Notes under the pieces: generated by a model
What the model saw: the letters and a program-made list of their open reading frames with translations, nothing else
Told to the model about the DNA's origin: nothing
Databases searched by the model: none
Position numbers and translations under genes: made by a program
Shown: one piece after another, positions 1 to 18,450 of the stretch
Position numbering within the stretch: the first letter of the stretch is position 1
Layout of the letters: every line of letters begins with the position of its first letter
Origin: the human T2T-CHM13v2.0 reference genome, Homo sapiens
Assembly (NCBI RefSeq): GCF_009914755.1
Contig: NC_060936.1
DNA: 64,000 nt
Direction: 5' to 3' (one strand)

Positions 1-534
1 GGCATTGCTACTCATCGGGTCTATTAGGCCGTTAAAGACTCCTGTGAATAAGGCACCATTTGTTTTATCTGGTCCTGGATGGAACGAGTGTTTGCCAGAT
101 GTCAGGAAGTGTCAGATGCAAAGCTGCATAATTGCCATTCACAGTTTTCCAGCCCTCCGTATGGAGACAGCACAACTAGACAGTTTCCACTTGGAACTGC
201 TGTCTGAGAAAATGCCAGTCATTTTGTTTGCAACGTAGTTCTGAAGCTTCAGCATTAAAGTGGAATCTCCTGTCGCTGGACAGCTAATAATAGGTCTGTG
301 CTGACACTGACCATCAGCACCTCTGCGGGCCTGAGCTTCCACAAAGCACAGCAAGTTTTCTATGAGGCCAATTCCAAGGCCGGTGGGTAAGTGCAGCCCC
401 CTAAATCCTTTCAAGTAGCCTTTGAAGCTGGGTGTTCACCATAAGTGCAGCACTCAGCTAGGAACATCTCTCGGAAAAACCTGCCCTGTTTACAAGTAGT
501 AGGGTAGTCAGAAAGGTCTAAAAACTAGGCAGTA

Positions 535-1898
535 TTAGAGATGACATGATGATCTACCTGGAAACCCAGATGAACCAATCACAGAAAAACTGTTACAAAT
601 AAGAATTGAATAGGAGAGGATAGAATAGGTCTGGCGTGGTGGCTTATACCTGTAATCCCAACACTTTGGGAGGCTGAGACGGGAGGACCACTTGAGCTCT
701 GGAATTTGAGACCAGCCTGGGCAACATGGTAAAAGCCTGTCTCTATGAAAAATACAAAAAATTAGCCAGGTGTGATGCCTCATGTCTGTAGTCCCAGCTA
801 CTCGGGGGCTGAGGTGGGAGGATCACCTGAGCCCAGGAGGTGAAGGTCGCAGTGAGCCATGATCACACCACTGCACTCCAGCCTGGGTGACAGAGCAAGA
901 CCCTGTCTCAAAAAAAAAAAGGAGAGCTCTAGATATATTCCATAATTGAATAGAATAGTATATTATTTTAGGTTCCCAGCAAATATATATTTGTATATTA
1001 TTGCATATTATTTTGGAGGAACAAAAATAATATACAAAAGTCAATAGGTTTCCTATATAAAAGCAATAATCAGTTAGGAAGTATAATGGAAGGGGAAAAA
1101 ATTCCATTTATAATAGCATACAAAAAGAAAGGCATGCCTAGAAATGTGTAAGATATATATGAAGAAAACTGAGGAAAAAATAAAAGAAAAATGGAGCAAA
1201 AAGAAAAGCCAACCCCACACTTGGAGAGGGTCCTTAAATTTTATAAAATTCTCCTGAAATCAACCTTAACATTTAATATGATTACAATCAACATAAAGCC
1301 GAGATTTTTTTCCAGACCTCTGGAAGCTGATTCTAAACTTAGTATGGAAATATAAGCACAAAAGTATAACCCAGACATTTTATTGAAGGCAAGAAAAAGT
1401 AATGAAAGAAAACTAGTTTTACCAGACATTAAAATATATTATAAATATATAAATAAAATTGTTTTGTCATGGTACATGAACAGACAGACCCATAGAACAA
1501 ACCGGGTGGTCCATAAACAAATCCAATTACATATGAGAATTTAATATATGATAAAATAGTATTTCTAATCAATAAGAAAATATAGAATACTCAATAAATA
1601 ATGGTCAGAATACAGGATAATTAAGGGAAAAAGTTCTTACACATAAGTTAATTCCAGATCAATCAAGTATTCAAACATATAAAAGAAAAATTAGACATTC
1701 TAGAAAAATTATGAATTTTTTTCATTATTGTCAAATGAAGAAGGACTTTCTAAGAAAACTCAGGAACAATAAAAGGAAATGCTGATTAAATCTGATTATG
1801 TGGAAATGTAAACTTCTGCACAGTGGGAAAATGCCACAAATAAAACCAAAAGATTTGCTACAACTGAGATAACATATTTGCAACACATATTTCAGATT
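535..1898 (+). mobile_element. Ancient L1M (L1ME-like) ORF2 fragment, interrupted by AluJ; resumes at ~7945
   Basis: AGATGACATGATGATCTACCTGGAAACCC resembles the L1 ORF2 (A)DDMIVYLENP coding segment; A-rich L1 sequence ending ...ATATTTGCAACACATAT. Confidence 0.75.
628..920 (+). mobile_element. AluJ-type SINE
   Basis: Full dimer with A-rich linker and poly(A); GAGCCCAGGAG and GACCCTGTCTC are J-type positions. Confidence 0.93.
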
Positions 1899-2432
1899 CA
1901 GTTGTGGGTCCAATTTTGTGGGGCCTGGAGTTTATATAATGTGGAGAGCCCTAGTTAAGAAAAATAAAACACAAAGAACACCAATACAAAATACACAAAT
2001 GATCATTTATCGAGAATAAGAAAATAAATCACAACAAATTCCAGATGTTAAAATGTTGACAAATCCCACAAATATCACAAAATCCAGAAAAATAGCATAT
2101 ATTTATTGTAATTAACTGCCTAAGACTCTACTATAATATCAATTTTATTGATATATGATAAATGTACATAATTTAGGGGTACATGTGCTAATTTGATGCA
2201 TTCATGTAAGTGTAAAAATAAAATCAGGGTAATTGGGCTACCTATCACCTTATAATATTTGTATAATATTTGTTTTTAACACTATTTGTGTAATCTTTGA
2301 TTACTTCTCCAGATGACAATGATTTTATAATTTTGTTTTCTTTTGAGAGAACAGAAAGAAAACTCTTTCCTCTAGCATGATGATCAAAATTGGCTTTTTA
2401 AAGTTATTATTGAAGGCTTAAATGTCTTTTTT
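1899..2432 (+). mobile_element. hAT-Tip100 DNA transposon (ORSL-like), 5' part; contains a short antisense L1MA 3' end at ~2141-2270
   Basis: Begins CAG...TTTTGTGGGGCCTGGAG-TTATATAAT...AATCACAACAAATT...CACAAAATCCAGAAAAATA, matching my recollection of the ORSL-type consensus. Confidence 0.55.
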
Positions 2433-7180
<4,748 letters not shown>

Positions 7181-7192
7181 ATGGTTTTTTTA

Positions 7193-7944
7193 ATGAATTT
7201 ATTTCAAGTAGAGTTGTAGTAAAAATAGGCTTGCTGTTAGGCTACTATTATAGAGTGTGTCCTTTAAGCATAGGAATTCTGACGTCTTTTTTATTTGAAT
7301 ACCATTAAGAAACAAAATAAATTTAAGATGGTTCATACTTGTGTTTGCTGCATTATTGAGAATATTCCGGACAGAAGAACTTCTCTTCTCACCGTGCATT
7401 GGTGACAGCCACATCCCCCATTTGCAGTTTATATCTGAAGACTGAAAGAACTAGCCACAGACTGGCTTTGGTCTCCACCCATTTCAAACCTCCTTTCTCA
7501 CCCGCTACTCATGTTTGTGGTGCCAAATACCATACATGTTATATGATGATAAAAGCTTTGGTCACACAGGGTCATGAAGAATAATTCAGTACAGAGAGTG
7601 GGGGAAGCATGACAGGAAGTGGTACCATGATGGCTGCTGATAATACAGACCCAGAAGTGACAGCAAACCAGTTAAAACACATCCCTCTAAATTCAAATTC
7701 AAGGTAACTGTAACTTAGATTTATCTTAGCCTAGTCCCCAAAAATGCCCACAGCCTCTCTGACATCACTCACACCAGGGAAAACCTCGGTGGAAAGATAC
7801 AATCATTTTAAATGCTTGCAGTTAAAATAAACCTGAGTCAACTTTGTGAACCCATTGCTCGGTCCTCTCCGGGGTCTCATGAGAGCTTATGCAAGGGAGG
7901 TCTCTGAAATTTAAGCGTCATTGGTTTCATAAGTCTGTCTCTTG
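7193..7944 (+). mobile_element. hAT-Tip100 (ORSL-like) 3' part
   Basis: Ends ...CTGAAATTTAAGCGTCATTGGTTTCAT-AAGTCTGTCTCTTG, similar to the recalled ORSL terminus; old L1M resumes immediately after. Confidence 0.5.
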
Positions 7945-8400
7945 ACAAGCTGAGGACTACCTTGCTTAATATATAAAGAGCTCTTACAAATCAATAAGAA
8001 AAAGACCAACAATCCAATAGAAAAAAATTGGCAAAGGATATAGACACACAGTTGAGCAGCCCCCAATGAGGTGGTGCTACAATACGATCTCCAAAACATA
8101 CTGAGTGGGGAAAAAAGAATGGTATTATGTAGTCTTGTATTTGCATATTAGACAAGGATGCCTGTATGTGTACTGACTGTTACAGGATGCCCACCATGGG
8201 AATGGCGGTTACCTCCATAGGGAGAGAGGCTGGGGACTGAGAGTCTGGGAGTGAAAGATCCCTTTTACACCACTATCTCTCTTTTACTCAAAGCTCTATT
8301 ATTTAGTAAAAATCATTGAACTTAAGCCTAAAAAGGGTAAATTTGCTGTATTTACGATAAAATCTTACAGGTATTTTTAAAAGCTATTATTAAATATCAC
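7945..8400 (+). mobile_element. L1M continuation and 3' remnant
   Basis: AATATATAAAGAGCTCTTACAAATCAATAAGAAAAAGACCAACAATCCAATAGAAAAA is L1 ORF2 3' sequence collinear with the 535-1898 piece. Confidence 0.7.
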
Positions 8401-8642
8401 TAAATTTATACTATATACATGTTAGATATTACACATATTACACATATTCACACACATGCACATATATCCACATAGGATGCAAGCATCGAAGACAAAATCG
8501 GCCCTTGATAATCCACCAAAGTAAGACTGCGCCGTGCAGGATGGAAGGTTGGTATCTCAGGTCCCCTGACTCCTGGGTTCTGGGACTGTGGGAAGAGCTC
8601 TCCTCTCATCCAGAGCCTTGTGCCAGGGGGAAGGTGGAGCAT

Positions 8643-9305
8643 CCACACTCACACTAGCACTCACACTCGCACTCACACACTCATACTCTCACACACACAC
8701 TCGCACTCTCACAGTCACACGCACTCGCTCACACTCGCACTCACACACTCACTTGCACTCACACTCGCACTCGCACACATACTCTCACTTGCACTCAGTC
8801 ACACTCGAACTCGCACTTTCACACTCGCACTAGCACTCACACTCACTCACACCACTCATACTCGCACTCACATCACACACTCATACACACACTCACACTC
8901 ACACTCACACACTCATACACACTCATACACTCACTTGCACTCACATTCACAGTCACATATTCGCACTTGCATACACACGCTCACACACTCACTCGCACTT
9001 GCATTCACACTCGCACTCACACTTGCACTCACATACACTCACACTCATACACTCACTTGCACTCATTCAGTCACATAGTCACACTTGCATGCACACGCTC
9101 ACACACTCAGTCGCACTCACATTCACACTCGCACTCACACTTGCACTCACACTCACACTCATACACACACACTCACACTCACTTGCACTCACATTCAGTC
9201 ACATAGTCGCACTTGCATGCACACGCTCACACACTCGCACTCACACTCACACTCGCACTCACTCTCACACTCGCACTCACTCACACTCACACGTGCACTC
9301 ACACT
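8643..9305. repeat. (CACACT/CGCACT)n degenerate hexamer tandem repeat, ~660 bp
   Basis: Directly visible; explains the His/Thr/Ser/Leu ORFs. Confidence 0.95.
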
Positions 9306-10049
9306 CCCTGTGGAGACACCTGTCCCAACAGCCACAGCAGCTCCCACTGAGGCTGTCTGAGCAATGGCTCCATGTCCCGGGGCTGCCACCGAGCAGCTCT
9401 TCCTGGGCTGGAAAATCACAGTCCCACGTCCCGCCGTACACTGCTGTGGCTGTGGGTGACTCCGCGCTTGCTTCTTGTGTTTTTCAGTTTCCTATAACAC
9501 ATACATTAACTTTTTAAAAATAAAGGTTACTTTCAAAACCTGAGAAAAACAGAAAATCACAGTCCTTCAGGGCACAGTAAGAAAGGCTGAACCACCGGGC
9601 CCAGCTACTGGGGAAACTTACCCCCGAGTTCAGGAAATGCTAAGGGGGCCTGCGTCCCATCACAGTGCACACCCGGTCTCCCTCTGCAGGTGAGACAGGC
9701 CTTCCTCCACCTCCAGCAGGGGTGGGTGTGACGGGGGTGGGGAGGGGGGGGAGGAGAAAGAGGAGCAGAAGAAGAAAGAGAGGAAGAAAGGGGGAGAGAC
9801 AGGCCGACCACTGTGGCTGGAGTAGAGAAGGTTCTCCTGCTGTGGACTCTGTGGCTGGAGTAGAGAAAGTTCCCTCACCCCCTCCCCCACCTTCCCCCAC
9901 CCCTCCTCCCCACCCCTGCGCTGAAACTGCTTCCAGGCATTCTTCCTGCCCAGGCTGGTCAGCTTGCAGAGTGGATGCAGGACAGCAGGTCTTCCCGTGC
10001 CTCAGGGCTGATGTGAGGATCTGCCTGGCCCCTCTACTTAAAGGACGGG

Positions 10050-10610
10050 GTCATTCCATCAGGACATCTTTCCAAGCATTGACTCTGTGCCGTGCACTGC
10101 CCGCGGTGCCCAGAGTTCAGCAGAGGCGCTGATAGGGCCCCTACTCTCACCGGGCCTCTGTGCTCAGGACGGAAAAGCAAACAGTAAACAAATACCAATC
10201 AACACTAGCAAGGCAGTTACAATCAGTGCTAAGAAACCAGGGACTGGGGAGAGATGGGCCTGGGGTGGCACGGGAGGGCCTGGGAAGGTGGCCGTGGAGG
10301 GAGTGATCTGGGGAATGAGGGAGCCGGTGTGCATGAGGAACGCGTGCCTGGTGGAGGGAATAGTGAGGACACAGGCCCCAGGAGGAGATGTACAGCATGT
10401 CTGAGGAACTGCAGAGGCCAGCATGGATGGGTTACAAGGAAGGAAGAAGGGAGGGAGGAAGGGAGGGAGAGAAGGGACCCGGAAGCCAGTTGGTGTGGCT
10501 TTTAGATGTGCAAGAACTCCTGCTTCATTGTGAGCAAGACAAGAGTCACTGGAGGGATCTGGGCAGAGCAACGCGGCCTGGTGTCTGCTGTTTTTAAAAG
10601 CTGGCTCTAA
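10050..10610 (-). mobile_element. L2 fragment
   Basis: Degenerate antisense L2 3' pattern (CATTGACTCTGTGCCGTGCACTG ... GAGGGAATAG ... GAGGAACTGCAGAGGCCAG). Confidence 0.55.
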
Positions 10611-11621
10611 CAGTCATCCCAGCGGAGCGCAAAGTCAAACATCACAATTCTCCACTGGCTCCGGGATGAAATCGTTTGGTAACAGCCAACAAGAAGGCAG
10701 CTGCCCTGCAGAGAAGGAACCCGGGAAGGGGCAGGGGCACACGCTGGCCACTGGCTGTTTCCACGCATCACTCTTAATACACTTCCCCAGAGAAGCAAAA
10801 AGCCGCTTAGAACCCACGTGCCTGGCGCTTCATCAGGCTCAGCCCCTGTGCTCACATCTACAAAGACATCATGTTCAAACCCAGAAGTCCCAGAGACGCG
10901 GTTTCTCTTATTTTATCTTCCTTCTGCTTAGAGTGTGTGTGTTTTTCTTCAGTCCCTTTAAGAACAAGAGCTGTTTACAGACTTTGGAATTTCTCCAAAA
11001 ATTATAAAAAGAATGATTTGAAGCCCAACATAGCGAAGCACAGATAAACCCTGAAGGAGATTGGTTGGAGACATTTCTGACGGCCTTAGACAGCTCTGAA
11101 TTGTTTCATCTCCTTGATTACGTGAAAAAAAAAAAACACACTGAGAATATTTCACCTAAAAGCAGAGGAGACCCATGTTCATGAACAAGGAGCAGTAGAG
11201 ACATTTTGGACTTTTTTTTTCCTTTGGTACAGAAATTTCAAAAATGTATGTGTCCCACCAATTACAGAGAAGGCCCCAGCGATGAAACCAGCATCAGTTT
11301 ACCCAGCTCGTCAGGAAACCCAATAAACTCAAATAAAAAGCACTCGTCTTTCTTGATACTGCTTTAGCAGAACAGTTGAAAGCTTAAATCAGGGTTTGCA
11401 AAGTCAGATGCTGACCAGGGACTAAGCAGGTCACATGGGAGAGTCAACACCTAGCAAGAGACACGTGTCGCCCTGGGGTCTCGTATCTTCCAGCTTTTGA
11501 TAGACACATAGGATTAAAGATATGTCACTTTCCTCTTACTTCTACTATAATAAAAGTGATAAGAAAACACTAGGTAGTTTCATCGGAGGAACTTGATATC
11601 CATTGCCAAACAGAGGATGGT

Positions 11622-12000
11622 GAGTATATGAGCTTGTCCAGGCTGCCATAACAAAATACAGCAGACACGTGGCTTAAACAATAGAGGCATATTATCTCGC
11701 AGCTCTGAAGGCTGGAGGTTCTGGATCAAGGTGTTAACAGGGCTGGTTCCTCCAGAGGCCTCTCTCCTCAGCTTACAGATGGCATCTTCTCCCTGTGTCC
11801 TCATCCCTCCATGCATATCTGTGTCCTAATCTCCTCTTTGTAAGAACACTGGTCCTATTGGGTCAGAGCCAGCCCTCATGACCTTATTTTAATTAAATCA
11901 CCTCTTTAAAGACGCTGTCTCCAAATACAGTCACATGCTAAGGTGCTAGGAATTAGGGCTTCAATGTATAGATCTGGGAAGACACAACTCAGCCATGATA
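11622..12000 (-). mobile_element. MaLR LTR (MLT1B-like)
   Basis: GGCTGCCATAACAAAATAC...CTCTTTAAAGAC-CTGTCTCCAAATACAGTCACAT matches MLT1B reverse complement. Confidence 0.85.
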
Positions 12001-13197
12001 GAGAGGCACCCCAGAGACCACAGCAGGAAGCCAACACCATAGGCTGGGTAGGTAGGGAGAGCCCAGGACGGGGCTGCTCCCCAGAAGCTGGAGCCACAGA
12101 AGAAGGTGCTGTCCAGGGAAAGCTGGGGCCACAAGAGATCCACGGGCATAGGTGGTGCTCTGAGCAGAGACGGCAGGAGAAATGCCCTGGCCCTTCTCTG
12201 CCCCACTCGCCAATCTCTGGAGATCCATAGCTTCCTGCATGGATCCTCCCTGCGGCCACCCAGCAAGAGAGCCTGGGGGTGTATTTTCAGGGGCCACGGA
12301 GCAGAGCAGGAAGTGAAGGGGGTGGACCCAAGAGCACACAGTCACTGACCTGCTCAGGGCCACCAGGTGGGTCGCCACCTAAGAAAGGAACCTTCTGAGT
12401 CTTTAAGACAAATTGGAGATCTGTGTGTTTATGTGGCATCTTCCCATTATTTCTCTTGTGTGTAGGTCTCCGGTATGCAATGTGCAGTTTAAAGTGATAA
12501 AGATGGTGGATGGAGGTTTCTTCCGAGTGAATACAAGGAACACACAGGACCCTGTCCCAAGAGCCATGGGGGCACAGAGCCCCTCCCAAAGGGCCTAGAT
12601 AAAGCAGGAAGCAGGAGGGCTTCCTGGAGAAAGCAGCCCCCACAACACTATGGATGAGGCCATCCCGAGAGCTAATCTAGAATGTTCCTAAACCAGGATC
12701 TTTACCAAATAATGATTCTGATCTCAGAAAACTGTGAGGGAACAAGACGGCGCCACGTGGAATGAGCAGGAGTCTATCTTGAACAACGTAAGAGGAAGAC
12801 AGACCAGGCCAGGGGGTTTGGTGTCCAGCCTGTGGTGAGGATATTGGCCAATCCCTTCACAGGGACTCAGGGCAGAATCCCCCCAGTGACGTCTGTAGTC
12901 AATGTCTGAGTTATTTGTCGAACTATCCAGTCTTTCCTGAGCAAGCTTTGGTTGTTTGCGCAGTACCCTGGGCTAAGGACGCCGCTGGCTTCGTGATCAA
13001 TAGCTATCGGCCAGGTAGGGGCCACCTGGCTGTTACAAGAGGCTGGGCCGTTGCAGATGCCTCACGCAATGTCCTATTCCCAGTGCACGTCTCAGCCTAG
13101 GTGCGTTGCTCACAACGACCACCTCCTGCTTTCTGCGCATGCTTCCCACCACTGTGCTCTTCCCCACCCTGCAAGACTTCCATAGACAGAATGTGGA

Positions 13198-13626
13198 CTT
13201 CACGCAGCGCTGTTTGCAACAGCCAAGGTGTGGAAACAACTGACACGTCCATCAACAGATGAATGGATACACCAGACATGGTCCACGATCCACACCGTGG
13301 AATACTACACAGCCTTTCAAACGACGTCAGTTCTGCAACACGCAACAACACGGGTGGACCTTAACATTGCACCAAGTGGAATAAGCCAGTCTCAGAAGGA
13401 CAAATCTTGTATGATGCCACTTAGATGAGGTCTCTGAAACTGTCAAATGCCTCACAGAAGCAGAGAGGAGAGTGGTGGCTGCCGTAGGCTGGAGAGGGAG
13501 CGCGGGGAGCTGTGGATCAATGGTGTAAAGTCTCAGCCACGCTAGGTGAGTGTGCACTAGAGATCTGGCACACTACATCAGGCCTGCAGTCAGCAATACT
13601 GTACTTTGTGCTTAAAAATTTCTTGA
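13198..13626 (+). mobile_element. L1MA/MB 3' end
   Basis: CCATCAACAGATGAATGGATA...GGAATACTAC...ATAAGCCAGTCTCAGAAGGACAAAT. Confidence 0.85.
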
Positions 13627-13942
<316 letters not shown>

Positions 13943-14278
13943 GACAGTTTCATTCCTTCTGTCCCAATCTGTACATCTCCTACTTCCTTTTCTCATCTTA
14001 CTGCACTACCCGGGACTTGCAGTATACAAAGTTGAACAGGTAAGAGGGGACATCCCTGCCCTGTCCCCAATCTTAGAGGGAAAGTGTCCAGTTTCTCGCC
14101 ACTAACTATGATGTTGGCTGCAGCCACCTGGGCCGTGCTTGTTTTGCACGCTTATTAAGTGTTCACTGTGTTTCTTTAATAGATATGGGACTATCTAGAT
14201 CACCTGTTTCTCTTGAGTGAGTTTTAGCAGATTGGGTCTATCAAAGAATTGATCCATTTCATTTAAATTCTCATATTT

Positions 14279-14672
<394 letters not shown>

Positions 14673-15096
14673 TCACTTATATACATTTTCGAAATCTTTC
14701 CAGTGCCTGTGCTGGAGCTCTCCACGGACATTCACCTGAACTATAGTCCACCTTGGAATAACACGGCTCCAGCCCGAGTGAGTGCAGACTCTTTGTGGTG
14801 GGGCGTCCTGGTTTACGTCTCCCGTTCCTTGTGACATGGCCGTTTACTTCAATTAACCAGAATCTAGAATCATCCAATGCATTATTACTATTATGATGCC
14901 AAGCAAGACATTCTATTTTAGATCAATTAAGAGTAAGAAAAATCAAAGACCTTACCACCTCGTATTCCCTCCCCAACACTCTTGTTTCTATAGATCTGAG
15001 TTTCTGACATACTGTTTTTCTTTTCCCGCAAGAACTTCTTTTAATGTTTCTTGCAGGGCAGGTCTGGTGGTGGTGACTTCTCTCTGTTTTTATACA

Positions 15097-15822
15097 TTTT
15101 TTTTTATTTCTATAGCTTTCAAGGTACAAGTGGTTTGGGGTTACATGGATGAATTGTATATCGGTGAAGTCGGAGATTGTAGCACACCTGTCATCCAAGT
15201 AGTGTACATTGTACCCAATGAGTAGTTTTTCCTCCCTCCCTGCAAAGCCTCCCCTTCCTGAGTCGCCAGTGTCCACTCTATCACCCTGTCGACCTTTGCA
15301 TACCCAGAGCTTAGCACCCACTGATATGTGAGAACACGTGCTCCTTGTTTTCCATTCCTGAGTTATTTCACTTAGAAGAATGGCCTCCCGCTCCATCCAA
15401 GCTGCTGTGAAAGAAATTCTGTCATTCTTTTCTACAGCTGAGTTTGCGAAGTATTCCGTGGTGTAGACATACCACATTCTCTCCATCCACTCATCAGCTG
15501 ACGGGCACTTGGGTTGGCTCCATATCTTTGCAATTGTGAACTGGGCTGCAATAAACACACCGCTGTGTGTGTGTGTGTTTTTCTTACAATGACTTCCTTT
15601 GTGCACTCAGTAGTGGGATTGCTGGATCCAGTGATGGGACCGCCTTTTAGTTCTTTAAGGAATCTGCATGCTGTTTTCCAGAGGTGGAACTAAGGCACAT
15701 GTCCACCAGCAGTGTACACATCCTCCTTTTTCAACGCATCTAAGCCAACATCTATTGTTTTTTGGCTTTTTAATAATGGCCATCAGGTGATATCTCACTG
15801 TGGTTTTAATTTTCATTTCCCT
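15097..15822 (-). mobile_element. L1PB 3' end
   Basis: TTTATTTCTATAGCTTT...GTACAAGTGGTTT...GTTACATGGATGAATTGTATA; flanked on both sides by CTCTGTTTTT. Confidence 0.85.
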
Positions 15823-16529
15823 GGTTCCCTCTGTTTTTGTTTTTGTCCGAGAAAGTCTTTGTTTCTCCTTCATTTTTGAAGGATAATTTTGGTGGATATA
15901 GAATTCTAGGTTGGGGTGTGTGTGTGTGTGTGTCCCTGACACTTTAAATGTTTCACTCCTCTCTCTTCTTGCGTATGTGGTTTCTGGTGAAAATTCCCCT
16001 GGAATTCTTATCCCTGTTCCTGCACAAGTCAGGTGATTTCCCCCGGCTTCTCCCAAGGCTGTCTCTCCATTGGTTTTCCGCGGTGTGACTGTACCATGTC
16101 CAGCCATGTCTGTTGGTATATTTCCCGCTTGGTGTTCTCTGAGCTTCCAGGATCTTTGGTTCGGTTCTGACATTAATTTCAGAAATTTATCAGCCCTTAT
16201 TACTTGAAATATTTATTCTGCTCTAATCTCTTTTCCTTCTAATATTCCAGCTATACGTATATGACACGTTTGATATTGTCCCGCAGTTGTTGAATGTTGT
16301 TTCGACTTGACTTGTTTGGCTGTTTGTTTTCCCATTGTGTTTTTCTCATGTCAGGCTGGGAAGTTTCTACCGACCCGCTTTGAAGTTCACTGACTCGCCT
16401 GGGCCACGCCCGATCTACCGATGAGTCCGGGAAAGGATTTCACCATTTTTGTTTCAGTGATTTTCATTTCTAGCATTTTCTGTGATTCCTTTTTAGCATT
16501 TTCATTTCTCTACCTACCCATCTGTTCTT

Positions 16530-16830
16530 TTTTCCCCCAAGTTTATTGACGTATAATTGACAAATAAAAATCATATCTATTTAAGGTATACAATGTGATG
16601 TTTTGCTCCACCTACACACTGTGAAATGATTACCACTATCAAGCTAACACAGCCAGCAACACACAGTTACCTTTTGGTATTTGTGTGTGATGAGAACATT
16701 TCAGATCTGCTCTCTTAGCAGGTTTTAAGTCTGCAATACAGTATTATTAAACATAATCATCATGCCGCTCATTCAATCTCCAGAACGTATTCATCCTGCA
16801 CACGTGAAACTCTGTACCTGCAGCCACATT
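16530..16830 (-). mobile_element. L1MA 3' end
   Basis: Perfect 15-bp TSD TACCCATCTGTTCTT (16515-16529 / 16831-16845). Confidence 0.9.
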
Positions 16831-18139
16831 TACCCATCTGTTCTTACATGTTGTCCACTTCTTCCATTACAGCCTTTAACACATCAATCGTAGTTATTTT
16901 AAATCCTTGTATGGTAATTCCAACATCTGTGTCATCTTTAAGTCTGGCTCTGATGGTTACTTTGTCTGTATTTTTCTCTTCCCTTTTTACAGGCTTTGCA
17001 ATTTTTTGTTGAGACCAGACATGCTGTGCCAGGTAACAGGACTGAGGTGAGCAGGGCTGCAGCCTGAGGACGTACATGGCTGGGCCTGGGTTGTGCTGAC
17101 TGGTTGCTGCAGCTGCCGGTGCCGGAGGCTTCCGGCTCCTCTAACGTCCCTGCTGGTGTCTCACCTGTTGACCTGGGGCTTCCCTAAGTCCTCCTCCTCA
17201 GGGAGGGTCCACATCTTGCAGCCCTTTCGGCTGGAACCCAGGGTTACGGCACCGGAGCCGTGTATGTGTGGCGGTGAGGTGTGGGGGAAGGAAAGCATCC
17301 AGTCATCCCACGATGGAGTCTCCGTTTTTAGGGGCTATGACCTTCACAAGTGTTCCTCCAGTGACGTAGCTTTTCTGTTCCCCTTGGGTGAGACAGGGAG
17401 GCTAAAGAGGGCCGGGGTGGAAGAAGTGCCTCCCCAGCCTCGGCAGGCCTCGGAGCAAGCCTGTGTTGGGGAGAACACTCTGGGCAGATTCCACAAGGGT
17501 GACTCTTCTGCTCCCCTTTCCAGAGCCAACGGGGATCTTTCTTGGACCTTCACTTGTGAGAACCTGTGGGCTTCCTGGAGGTTTGAACCGCAGGAGTGTG
17601 AGGGACTCCTAGGAGGGAGGCCCCAGGGTTTCTCACTCTCAAGCTTCCACACTCAACCTCCAGCAGCTCAGCAAAGTCACCACCGGGGTGTTCCCATCCT
17701 CCCCCACTCATTCGAGGTTTCCACGACTTCTGCCCCAGGCCTGCATTCACCCATCCTTCCAGATTTCGGGGTGGTGGCTCATCCACAACCTGTTCTCTGA
17801 GGGGGCCGAGGACATCCTCGGGTTCTGAGCCTGTTCAGCTGTTTCTTGCTGGAAGTAAATGATGGCTTCTGGGCTTCCTACACGTCAGAGCTGGAGCCAG
17901 CCGTCTCTCTACTGCCCCTGTTTTAACTATTTTATTTCCTCCTTTTGTTCTTCCGCTACTGATTCCCACCTTTAGCTTTCCTTATCTTAAAAAGAAGATG
18001 CCTTGAGATCTAGCTCTTGAGCTATTAAATTTTTCTACTTACATGATTTTAGCTCTCTTAGTTCTCCAGTTTTATTTTTTTTATTTTGCTTATCATCTGG
18101 TCTTATAGTTCCCTTTATTTTTATATCGAGTCCTGTGGT

Positions 18140-18450
18140 AACTCATTCATTCAGCAATTCTTTGTCGCGTGGCCCCTACGTGCAGGCTCCTGCACTGGGA
18201 CACACAACGGTGAAAGCAGTGGGCTCAGGCCTGCCCTTGGGGAGGGACTGGCATCAGCACTCTAGTCGCAGAAGCTGTCATTGCAAACTGCAGCAACGTG
18301 CATGAAGGAAAAGTGCTGAGAGCTGTGGGAACACAGAACAGGGGTCCCGAGCCACTCCAGGGATGCAGAAAGTCGCCCTGGGCAGGAGGCATCTGCACTG
18401 AGACCTAGGGAGAAGCAGGAGACGGCAGACAGAGGCTGCAGGTAAGTCCC
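18140..18450 (-). mobile_element. L2 fragment
   Basis: CTCATTCATTCAGCAA antisense L2 tail followed by degenerate L2 body. Confidence 0.55.

Noticed and set aside
8588-9517. His/Thr/Ser-rich ORFs
   Set aside because: Translations of the (CACACT)n repeat
17093-17800. 235-aa ORF
   Set aside because: Non-ATG start, antisense to a probable old L1 5' region, no recognisable domain
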